A stretch of DNA of 64,000 nt from positions 25,669 through 89,668 of the forward strand of contig JAKMXF010000020.1 of the NCBI GenBank assembly GCA_024704765.1. Reading direction: 5' to 3'. A model generated the notes under the pieces. That model ran no database searches and had not been told where the DNA came from. It was given only the letters and a program-made list of their open reading frames with translations. Shown piece by piece: positions 45,701-56,802 of the stretch. The translations under genes and the position numbers were made by a program. The stretch is from Oopsacas minuta (lineage: Eukaryota > Animalia > Porifera). Each line of letters opens with the position of its first letter. The first letter of the stretch is position 1.

Positions 45701-48700
45701 CTATTATATTCTATTCGTTTCTTCTTAAGTTCATCATATTTATACTATTAAAACGCAATTATCTAATCATCTGATTGTGTACTAAGTAGTAAATTGCAAA
45801 GGGGAAAATCAGTACATAGCAAATTTTCCGGGGAGAAAACCACTATAGGGGGATGAATACTATGTGACACCGGCCCTGTATTCACTGTTAGTAAGGGTAG
45901 TCGGGTATGTAGATTATAAGGCATTAGTACCGTGCGATCATTGATCGAACGATCACAATCGTGATCTATTTTTGACGATCGGGGATGATCGGCTTGATCG
46001 CCGATCGTTATATAAACACGAAACACAGTGATCGAATCGAAGATCACGAACATTTCCCGAAAATTTTTCGATCGTTTTAGGTAGACTAAATTTGAACATT
46101 TTGCGAGTCCCAGAACCCAAAATGTATACCGAAATGTATTTAGTAATTTCATAGCAATCGGACTAGTAGATTTCGCATGGTCGTGCGAACGAACGGACGT
46201 ACATCTCCCTATAGGAAGTGCTTATTAAATTCAGAAAAATGATCTGTATATTTGAGAAATATGTAGGTAGATATCAAAATACTGCAGAACCCTTAAAGAC
46301 CAAACTTTAAATTTACTTCTTAATCATGAAGGTTTCTATTATTAGTGAAACATAAAAAGTCTCATAAACTGATTTTGCTAGTTGTTTAGGAACGCATTGG
46401 GTATAAACTATTGCATAGTTCTCTGGCGGTTGTAGTTCAGACTCAGATTCATTGTTGGAATCAGAAAAACTAATTTATCTATGTTGTAACAGGAGGGTGA
46501 TCAATTACTATGTATTAGGAGTTAACAAGAAAAGAATATTTAATCCTCGAATATTCCAAATATATATATTTATATCCTGTGGCTGTGAGTAATAAATTGT
46601 GATTTATATTGCATTATGAGAAACTTTGGGGGAGCTTCCCTCCCCCCACAGTAGATAGAACCCTGGGCAGACAACAATTGCAATATATTATGAATTTAAG
46701 AATATAGATTAATACCTCTCGCTTCTTGACAGGAGAGTTTCTGCGTATAGGTTCTATTGGCTTATCATCCATTAAATCATTACTGCTGTCGAGTTGATCA
46801 TCCAAATCGATGGGGTCTGAATTATCCATATTAGACTCTTCCTTCTTTAAGGTTTTCTTCTTACTCTTCTGTTGTTAGAAACATAATGTTAATAACTATT
46901 GTATATTTTCAGTCTTATTATATTTTGTAGATTATTTACTTACAACGTCGGGATCACTCTTCTCTTTAGGAATTTTAGGATTAGGATTAAAATCTGGAAT
47001 GTTAGGAGTAACTATCTCCTTGAAAGCATCAGTCATGTCCCATTCCTTAGCCAAAGTCTTAACCTGTTTCTTAGAGTCTTTTGGACCCTTCCTTCCTAAA
47101 TTAACACAAATAACAATACTTGTATATATACGATAATTTATTAATATAAACAACCTCTAGGCTTTCCAGTACGGATAATTCCAGTCTGCTCCTCTTCCTT
47201 TTCTTTTTGCTCAACTCTCTCTAACTCATCAACAAACGCGTCTAAGTCGCGTATCCATAGTATCTCTGGGGTTGTTGCTCGCACCTCTTCTAGTTCTAAA
47301 AGCTTCTTATCTCTGTTCTTAAGCATTTCTTCTTTCTTCTCCTGTGAAAGATTCAAGAATGTCATTGAGAGTAGATATCCGTAGTCTGAATCTTTTTCAT
47401 TATCCTCATCTTCTTCAGACTGTGCATCCTGTACGACCTACCAGACAGAATATGATTTGATAATTTCATATACAGTCAGTGTAAAGGGCGACTCAACACA
47501 CGTAACCAGTCAATAAGTGAGAGGAATGTCAAGGAGAGTATACAATTACTATTTATGTAAAATTTAAAACAAATGGAATAATGTGAAATAGTTCATCCTA
47601 GATAAAGAGTTGTATAAATAAAATAAATCGACAGGTATTGGCCCTTACAGGATAAGCACAACAAGTGTGCTAGTATGAGACAAAAAGTTTACCAACTTCC
47701 GCATGGTATGGCGCTGTACACAGTTGAATTTAATTACCCATAATGACGGCTATCTCAAACATTCGTTATCTCAGGTTTTGATTTCCTCTAAAATGCGAGA
47801 TACCGATGTCAATCCGCCTAAATTTCAAGACTGTACTCCCTCCATACACTTTTGCCTGATTGCAAGAAGCGGTCGTTAGGTCATGTTCTACTAAAATGAA
47901 AAACAGTCCAACAAAATTATACTTACCACATTAGGATTTGAGCTTTTCCATTTTTTAACTGGATCTGAATCATACTTCTTAGCCTTTAGCATTGATACTA
48001 TAGCAGATTTCTTCTTATTCTCGATGGGAAGATCTCCAGCTAGTTTTTCTAAAATAAATCTTGCTTGATTTTGGAGTGTCTTTGCTTCTGCTTCCAGTTT
48101 GTCGCATAACCATGTCCTCCTCTTTTGATAGAAAGACAGTCTGATCGGGAAAAAGATTTTAATTATTTCCAACTCATTATCTAATTGTTTTAAAGCAAGA
48201 TCCGGATCAAATAGTACAAAGTTCCCTACGAAAGAAAGGTTTCAAAATCGCTCTATAAATTCTATTTTTAAATATTCTGTAAACTTACTCGTACTGATAG
48301 TAGTTTCAAGTTTGAATTTCTTGTGAATCCCAAGCCTCTCTGCCTCACGCATCTTCTCCTCAGTGAGAGTGATAATAAACTTAACAGTAGTATCAGTATG
48401 ATACTCTTTGTAATCTTGAATGAAAGGTGGAATCTTCTCAGCTCCCATTAGCAAGGGTTCTAGGACAAGTTCTTTGTAATTCTGAGTCCATACATTAACA
48501 GGTAGCTCTGATATCTCCAGCTGAGTAGAGCTCAGCCTAGCAACCACACCACAGCATAAGTATTTATGTGGTTCTATCTTCACGATCGTTCCTGGATAAA
48601 TAATTATGGTATATAAGAATAGGGGTACTATACCAATTCGGCTGTAAACAAGAAATATTGAATTAAAAAGGATGGAATTATGTGTGTCTGGGTTCACTCT

Positions 48701-51700
48701 CCTATTCACACCTTTAGAGATTAAGACTCCAAATTGTTGTGTATCTGCCGTTTGGGTGATTAATCACTTTTTCATACATTTCTTTGTAATATCCAAATCT
48801 CTAAATATGGGTATAGAGAATTGCTTTCAACAGACATAGGGTAATCATGTACGCGAATCCGAATTTCGCATTTTAATTTTCTCATACGTATGTAAATTGT
48901 TGTTGTTCATAATATGAATATAAAGTAAACAAATAATTGAAATCATAGAGACTTGCTCTTAGGGGTAACAAAGTACCGAATCTGGTGGCCTAAGGGAAAG
49001 TTACGTCGGCACAGACAGTGATTTGAGATTTTCTATTCTATTATTACATTATACACGATTATTCCAAATGATTCCGGATTTTGGAGGATAAATTGGAGAC
49101 ATTTTAAATAGGTTGTGTATCGGACAAATTAAAGTGTAAGATATTTAAAATCTGCAAAAATTTATCTGACCTTTAAACCCCTTATAGAAAGGGTCCATTC
49201 TAACAGGTTCCTCTCCATTTATCATCCTCCTTATGTTGGATACAATCTCTCGAGGTGAATAGAGCGGAATATTTGTAGAGTAGCCTGTCCCTATTCCAGC
49301 AGCTCCATTGACTAGAATCATAGGTATAATAGGACAATACCAGTCAGGCTCTACTCTAAGATTATCATCAAATAAGAAGTTTAGCAGAGCATCGTCTAAT
49401 ACTGGATAGATCAGTCGGGTGAGTGGTGATAGCATTGTGAATATATACCTAACAATTTGGATTAACATATGGGCCTTTCTAGGTTACCACATCAGGACAT
49501 TCCAGCAACCTAGGCTAAATACAAATTTTATGAGTTTTTATCCGTAGCAACAAATCATAAATCCCCACAAGACCTCTTCATTTACGTCACAAAGGGGTTG
49601 CTACATTTTCATAGCAATATATATGTTGCTATTAATTTGTAGAAACACATGTTGTTACGGATAAAGACACAATATTGATGTATACTTAAGTGGGAATTAC
49701 ATTAGATATTTAATCAAGAATATAACACACCTAGAAGAGGCTGCATCCTTCCCTCCTCTCAATCTGGTACCAAACATACCAATAGGTTGCAGGAGATTAA
49801 TATTGTTTGAGCCTATATAGTTCTGAGCCATGTTAATTATGGTGCTCATTAGAGAAGCTTCTCCATGATGATAAGCAGATATCTCTGAGATAGAACCTGC
49901 TAGTTGTGCTACTTTAACATCTCGTTTGTCCTTTCTCTTAAAGCAGGTGAATAGTACCTATTAATTCGTGATATTATAACAGTTATAGTAGTGATTAGTG
50001 AATGATTGTATTCCTACCTTCCTCTGACTAGGCTTAAGACCATCCATTAGGTTAGGAATTGCTCTCTCATTGTCAGCGTTAGAGAAGAGAATTAGCTCTT
50101 TATTTACAAAGTCTGTATAACTTATATTATTACAAGCAGATCCATAGAGAAAAGATTCTTCCAGTCCTGATTCTCTCTGATCTTTTCGTTTCTACATGTT
50201 TGTATTATTAATCGAATTCAGTTAACAGCTAGAATATTATGTAACTTACTTGTAACCAGGAGCTAATCCAATGCTTCCTCTCATCTGCTTTGTTCTTTGA
50301 GAACGCCATAACAATAGAGTTATCACAAGGCTGTCCCGAATAGGAAAAGTCAATTTGGTGACGATTCATGTCTGAGAAGTATTCACGTGCCTCCTTAGAA
50401 GTGGAGGTACCCAAACCTTTGTAGTACTTTATATGGTAAGTCTTCCAATTGTGTGTTTCAGTTTTCCAGTGTTCAAACTCAGGCAAACTGAAGAATGAAT
50501 GTTGTACTCCACCCTTAGTAGCCTTAACAATTGGTGTAATGAACTGTTCAATAAAGTCTGTTCGTAGGAGTTCAGGCCAGTTGTAATGTATGAAGTTAAT
50601 TATGAGTCCTTTAATATGACTACCATCCTGATCTTGATCTGCCATAATCATCATTTTCCCATATCTTAGGGAAGATAGGCTCTCATTAGAGTATTTCCTA
50701 CCATACTGTAGTCCAAATATCTGAACTAATTTAGTCAACTCCTCGTTACCGGATATTTGCTTGTGGTTAGCTTCCCTTACATTCAGAACTTTACCTAGTT
50801 TTAGAATAATAAGTTTCTTATGTGCAATTTTACATATGGATTTATATTGTATAATATGTGTCCAAGAGCAATTATAAATTTATATAATATACGTAGTACG
50901 CATGACTGTAGGAGAAGGTCCGGTTGGTCAGATTTCAACCGGACCAACTTACAGTGGGTCCATATACTTTTGTATAAGTCAACCTGACCAAATAGAAAAC
51001 TGCTCGCTACGGCCCTGTTACGTACATACATAACATTACATACTAGCTTCATATCAAAAGAAATAGAACTACGTATTCATATAGATTAGAGAAGAGAAAG
51101 TAATTGACTTACCCCTGAGAGGGAAAACTCCAAATTTATCTCTCCCTATCACACCTAAGCCAGCAATTGCCAGAGCTCTAGCGGAGTCCCCCTCAGTCAA
51201 AATGAGAGTACAATCCTGTGAGTTCCTAGTGCCAGCATCGTTAGCGTCATCTAGCTTGCCGATACCTTTTAGTCGTGATCGTTTTGAGGAGTGACACTTC
51301 TTGGATAGCTCCGTTTGAGACTTGTGTTGAGCCCAATCTACTATTCTATCAAGAACTCCACACTTCATAGCAGAGGTCACGAACTTATCCGAGAGTTTGC
51401 ATTCAGAGCCAAACGATTTCGCCTAAATAGAGTATCTCAATTACAAATCCGAACTTTATGGATATACCCTCAAGTAATATATGCTATGCACATCGTACAA
51501 AATTTCAGAAAGTAGTACAGCAATGGTATGAAATGGAGAGGTGTAAATTTAACTATATTTTCTCCTTAATCATACTCCCAAAGGAGGGTCCAGCGCTCCT
51601 AGAAGAACTCTCGATGTAATTGCATTGGTTCTCATCTCTTGGAATTTATACCAATCTACAAACTAGTACATTAGATTATTAGATCAAATCCGTAGTACCT

Positions 51701-53910
51701 TTAGTGTCATGTTCTCCTTTGTCTGACTATCAAATGCTGGGTTCTCAACAAGACAATTCACAAACAACCAAATGTGTTGTTTAACGTGGACAGACTGAAT
51801 GTTGACACTCCCTTTTCCCAGTTTCTTCTTCGCGTTTTCCACAAGTTTTGGCACTAACTGATCGATAATATAATTAATATGTGTACCTCCCTTTGAAGTT
51901 GCGATAGAATTAACAAATGAAGCTTGTTGGAAACCTGTCTCAGAGATAGTGAGACCTATCTCCCATCTCTCATTCGCTATCTCGTGCACTATCTTAGGTT
52001 TGCTCTCTTCGTAAGGTTCTTGTGCTCCTTTTATGTACAAATTGATGTAATCTTTGAAGTTGTTCACAGGGATGTGTTCGCTGTTAAGAAATACTTTCAC
52101 TCCCTTAGTACAAGCTATATCAGAGAGTTATTAAAAAGGCTGATAGGTAACCAGCATTATTACATAATGTTCTGAATAGAGTTGTGAATGGGTTGAAATT
52201 CGTCATCTCCATGCACAAATCATGGAAATAAGTAAGAATTACAACAGTTCACTAATCCTGGATACCTAATGTATAAGTATTCAGTAGGCCTCGATTACAA
52301 ACTATTCGAAAGATGGGATAATGTTAAGCCAAATGTCATAGACTGGGGGTGGGGCTTAACTCATTATATTAAGGCTTCATCGACAATAGATTTCAAATAC
52401 GTATACATATACTCTACTCGAAAATATCACTTTACAGAAAAGATAGATGCGTTCGGGTAACAGGGGCAGCGAGGGTGATTAGTAACTAGTGATTACTGTG
52501 TTATATAAATCATGAAAATGATAAACAAATACCGAATTTCCCTGAAATGCGTGGAGGCTAGAAAACGCTGCAAGATTTGTGAAAAATAATTATCGCCACC
52601 CTCCAGAAGAATTTCACTATGCAACAAATTAGTAGTAAATAGTTTCCGAAAATCTTTCGTATTTTCAAAAAATGCCTAAGAAAATAATAAGCAGTGCCTG
52701 GGTGGTTATTCAGAGCAATACGGTACAAAATACGTAATTAATATTTACCTGCCATATCGTATGCTCTCCGAGTAAGTAGAGATATGATGTCATCATCTAG
52801 ATGTGTCATACCGAATTTCTCTAAATCAGGAATGAAACTAACACTTGTGAAGTCTGATTTTGATTCTTTAATAAGAGTCTGTCCGGGATCTGTCATATTC
52901 TTCCTCCAGGTTTGTTTAAAACTCTTACCAGAATCACTTGAACAAGTTTCTACTGTAAACTCGCGACTGAAAATATTGCATAACTTTGCTCCATACCCGT
53001 TTCTACCCCCGACAACCTTCTTTTCAGTATCATCATAGTTAGAAGAAGTTAGCAAAGTACCAAATATCATAGCAGGTACATACATCTTCTCGTCTTTGTG
53101 TACCTCAACAGGAATACCTGCGTGATAAATTTTAAAGTGAAACCTCGTTAATACGAACTTCTGGATAAGACGAACAAATATTTTCACATTATCAGGTCCT
53201 TACAGTAAATATTCAATTTGTGTTACTCCGGATAAGGCAAACAATTTTTCACCATCCGTTGCTGCTCATATTAACGAGGTTTCTCTGTATGCTCAAATTT
53301 ATTATTTTACTAAATAATCACTACAAACCTTTTCCATTATTCCAAATTTTGATAAGATTTCTCTCCTGGTTTATAATAATCTTTATTGCATTCATAGCAG
53401 GATCTCTGATTTTATTATCTGCTGCATTGACTAGAATCTCATCGAAAATCTTGTAGAGGCCAGGTACGTATGTGATATTTTTGTTAACAATTGCTTGTTG
53501 TTCTTTATCCCACACAAACATTTGTTGGGTAATAGCTTCTACAGCTCTATACAGCAAAAAATATAATAAATACAATATAAGTAGACTCCTCTTAAGAGCC
53601 CATTAATCGGGTCACTTGGCCAGAAATAGAACCATACAAATAGTGTTAAAATACTCCGGTTAATCGGGCCAAGGCTTTTATTCCGCTTAATCGGGTCAAA
53701 ATAGCCTGGTCCCGACATGACCCTTTTAAGCGGAGTCTACTGTGCGTATATCTAATTATTCTGTTATAATACTTACCCTATATATGTGTCAGGTCTGAGT
53801 AATATGTGCTCAAGCTGAGTCTTCTTCTGGTATATATCTTCTATTGTAGGTTTCTTCTTTCCATCTTTGTCTCCTCCACCTTTCCTGTTACTTGAGTCTT
53901 GTAGAGCCAT
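42735..53910 (-). CDS. TOP2: DNA topoisomerase II (eukaryotic type IIA), multi-exon, apparently intact
   Basis: ATG 53910, IYQKKTQLEHILLRPDTYIG, KIFDEILVNAADN, GGRNGYGAKLCNIFS, LILTEGDSA, PLRGK, MIMADQDQDGSHIKGL, YYKGLGTSTSKEA, DGLKPSQRK, and the catalytic AASSR|YIFT across an intron. Acidic/basic CTD exons end at TGA 42735-42737. Splice phases are consistent where checked. Confidence 0.95.
43454..45878. mobile_element. Small hAT-like MITE split by the Ginger1 insertion
   Basis: Ends CAGGGCTGGCGC (43454) and CAGGGCCGGCAC (reverse complement, after removing the Ginger1 and one CCGG). No TSD recognisable. Confidence 0.55.
43576..45869 (+). mobile_element. Ginger1 DNA transposon (gypsy-like integrase plus OTU), decayed, in a TOP2 intron
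   Basis: Termini TGTCACATAGTA...TACTATGTGACA with a perfect 4-bp TSD CCGG (43572-43575, 45870-45873). Contains an H2C2 Zn finger (CHFG...RYWWKRM...SCQECQ), rve core (WGMDLIGPL, ISDEGREF, YHPQSNGLTERFNQTL), a degenerate GPY/F-like motif, and OTU motif GDGNCSFRALS at ~45300. No gag, RT or LTRs. Confidence 0.88.
46100..46230 (+). repeat. Dispersed repeat (family C; Helentron/DINE-like end), shared with 56280-56430
   Basis: CCCAAAATGTAT...CTAGTAGATTTCGCA...GGACG...CATCTCCCTATAGGA occurs in both copies. The CATACCCGAGGTGC block of the 56280 copy recurs at ~19845. Confidence 0.45.
53135..53287. mobile_element. Tc1/mariner-type MITE in a TOP2 intron
   Basis: AAGTGAAACCTCGTTAATACG versus right end reverse complement CAGAGAAACCTCGTTAATATG. 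TA on both sides. Confidence 0.65.
53580..53742. mobile_element. MITE in TOP2 intron 1
   Basis: AGTAGACTCCTCTTAAGAG versus right end reverse complement CAGTAGACTCCGCTTAAAAG. The same end sequence occurs at ~2675-2695. Confidence 0.6.
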
Positions 53911-54343
53911 CAGGTTACCAACTAGCAAATTTATCTATTCAATCTTCTAATTAGAATACTATTGGAAAGAACTAAGATTCCTCAATCAAGACAATATATA
54001 TTAGGTCAGAATCTAATTCATAAATCTGCTGTACTTCTCATAAAAAGAATCAATTAACACATTGTAGTATAATTTACCGCTTTAATGGATTACTACGTAA
54101 TTGAAAAAATACAATTATGGATAATCTCGATCTTAAACAGGTAACATTCCTAGTTCGTCAGGATATGACAGTAAACAGATGTCCGAAAAAGTGGGAATTA
54201 TGTCGACCACCCTATTCAATAAAGTAGGTATATCTACGGTTGACAGCTCTTACATCGATGCATGTTATCTCAAACAATTTTTATTTTCCCTCCAGTAAAA
54301 TCAGTTACTCTAATGTGTGTGCGATATATCACACAAGAATAAA

Positions 54344-55348
54344 TTAGATTTGCAAATGGAGAGTATCAGTAATGAATTTAGCATCTTGTATAGCACTAGA
54401 AGGTTTAGCATCATCAGTGTTATTAAAATAAATAAATATTTTCTTTCCTTCTCGAATGTAATTCTCGATTTCCTTTACTAAACCAACAAGAAACTCGGGA
54501 CCATAACACCCTTCATATTGTCCGGTGGTTCCATGGTACCTGAGGTATACTCCCCAGGAACAAGAGTATACGTACGGTACTACGTAATCAGGTGGCCAAT
54601 TTCCAGTAGAAAGAGATCCAGCCCAACCGGTTTCATTATTCAAATTCAACCTACATAAGCACCAGTCAAACTCTCTAAACAGCTGATACACCTGTGAACA
54701 GTACCATGAGCTATCTCTGAACTCGAATGCATATTTGCCATGTGGCGATAAGATAGCATACAAGTTGCGGAGCTTGTCTACACTTGTGTCAGGATTATAC
54801 TTTACATTAGAAGGGAACTGGAAGAGGAGAGGACCCAGATTATCTCCTAACACATTATAGACAGTCCAGAACTCATCCCACTTCTCTTTGAAGGCATCAT
54901 CTACATTTAACTGTTTCATGTGAGTAAACCATTTATACACTTTGATAGCGAAGAGGAAGTTTGGCCTTACAGCATCAGCTTTCTCTTTCCATTTAATTAA
55001 GTTATTTTGAGTAGGAATTCTATAGAAACTGTAGTTAAGTTCTAGAGAATTGAACTGTTCCATGTAGAACTCAAGCTCTTTGCCTCGTGTTCCCTTAGGG
55101 TAGAAAGAGCCAGATCTGTGCCATGATGGATAGGAGTAGCCTGATGTACCAACAAATATATTTTTAATATCTTCGTTGCTTATCAGTAACCGAGGAGACT
55201 TTCTAGATAAAAATGGATAATTAGATAACTCATCATCTGAGTCATTGTCTTGTCTAGCTCTCTTGCTCTTTCTTATAATAGTAGCATTATTAGATAGCAT
55301 GACTTGTTGACAGTTTGCAAGAATTGTTACGTGTTTTGTTATATTCAT
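54344..55348 (-). CDS. DUF72 (UPF0759/YecE-like) TIM-barrel protein with a basic N-terminal extension, intronless
   Basis: IFVGTSGYSYPSW, FYP, QFNSLELNYSFYRIP, LGPLLFQFP, AFEFRDSSW, YLRYHG, IYFNN and AIQDA match DUF72 hallmarks. Start is at 55348 or 55300. Confidence 0.88.
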   Translation of the reverse strand: MNITKHVTILANCQQVMLSNNATIIRKSKRARQDNDSDDELSNYPFLSRKSPRLLISNEDIKNIFVGTSGYSYPSWHRSGSFYPKGTRGKELEFYMEQFNSLELNYSFYRIPTQNNLIKWKEKADAVRPNFLFAIKVYKWFTHMKQLNVDDAFKEKWDEFWTVYNVLGDNLGPLLFQFPSNVKYNPDTSVDKLRNLYAILSPHGKYAFEFRDSSWYCSQVYQLFREFDWCLCRLNLNNETGWAGSLSTGNWPPDYVVPYVYSCSWGVYLRYHGTTGQYEGCYGPEFLVGLVKEIENYIREGKKIFIYFNNTDDAKPSSAIQDAKFITDTLHLQI

Positions 55349-56279
55349 TTAATCGATATATACCGTACTACTAGACAGGTTCATGTAAGGTATAAAATAC
55401 ACACTCACATATGAACTATACAATAATAACTATACACTTAGCACCCAGGGACGTCGCCAGGATTTTCGCCTGGGGGCACGAAGTTATGGTAAAACCTAAT
55501 AGATTATTATATATTCATTTCATTTTCAGGCAATTTAATATCAAAAGTTCTTGCTAAGCCATGTTCATGCCAAATGTCAAAAGTCAAAAGTCAAAAGTTC
55601 CTGCTCCATCATAAGATAACAATTACCAATTTTCCCTTCTTCAATCTTCAAACTTCTCTCTCGCCTCCTATCCTTCTTTCGGTGTTGAAGTCAAGTTCGT
55701 ACTACACCCAGGGGTGGGGCTAGCAAACCAATGTTGTACGATTACTAGGATAGTGTAAGCTCACATATATAGGAACATTCAAATCCCTTTGCCATTCCGA
55801 ACTCTTAGATTATGATTACTATCTCTCGAACGAGATCAGTAGAGAAAGAGAACTATAGTCAGTAACTAGAAGCTAAATGCAGTTCAGTATTGCTAGAATA
55901 GGTGGCAGAATGGTTTTTAACAAAACGTGGACATTTTCAGGTTTTCCGAAAAAATTAGAAAAATGTCCAGCCGACAGACTGGGAGTGCAGCTCAGGATTA
56001 TTTGTGTGTTATGATTAATCATTTAAATACTAGCAGAGGTCCACCCTTTGGGTAGAGCTCTGGTAGTTCCTGCGGAATGCTTTATGGGACATTCAGCCCT
56101 CATGATTGTATCTTGGAGTTTGCGAACGCTGTGCTTCCGCCTGAAAGGATCTCTCAGTGAACAAACCAATCACATTGCTATGTTGCATTCGTTCGTGTAA
56201 TTATCATGTGGTGGTTATTTAGAGGTTTGAAATTGTCCGTTATGAGGCACCAAAAGGTGTGAAATATTCACTTTAAAAG

Positions 56280-56430
56280 ATTCATACCCGAGGTGCAAAT
56301 ATCCGACCCAAAATGTATCTGTATGCCAATCTTCATGTTAATTAGACTGCTAGATTTCGCACGGCCGCGCGGACGGACGTCGCACAGTGTCCATGCCATT
56401 AGGGCATCTCCCTATAGGAGCTGCACTAAA
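56280..56430 (+). repeat. Dispersed repeat (family C; Helentron/DINE-like end)
   Basis: GGACGGACG microsatellite followed by hairpin CTCC-CTATA-GGAG and an A-run. Homologous to 46100-46230. Confidence 0.45.
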
Positions 56431-56802
56431 AACTGGACATAGCCAAAATTGATCCAAAAAATCTGGACTGTCCAGGAGAAAACAGGACAATGGTCACCCT
56501 AAGCTAGAAGTTAATAAGTAAATACATGCACTAAACTTCTGCAAAATTATAACCATTCCCAATGTAAACTCTTGATAATGTCTCTGAATCGTTCATAGAG
56601 ATTTTACTTTTACTTTGCCCACTTTACATATTTCTTGGCAACTATGGTAACGCTCAAAATAGCCAAAAGAAGAGCAACAGTAATAATATCTTCAGACTAT
56701 AAACAATTTAATTGGAATTACGTCGAGTCAAAGATTGATAGATAAAGTATACGGTATATTTCCTAATTTTGATCAATGAATAATTTACAACTTACAATAA
56801 GT

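Noticed and set aside
48170-48230. Suspected frameshift in a TOP2 exon
   Set aside because: Careful reading gives NFVLFDPDLALKQLDNELEII in one frame.
54344-55348. Bacterial contaminant or chimeric contig as the explanation for DUF72
   Set aside because: No operon context or composition shift, and it is flanked closely by intron-containing eukaryotic genes. Read-level confirmation is still needed.
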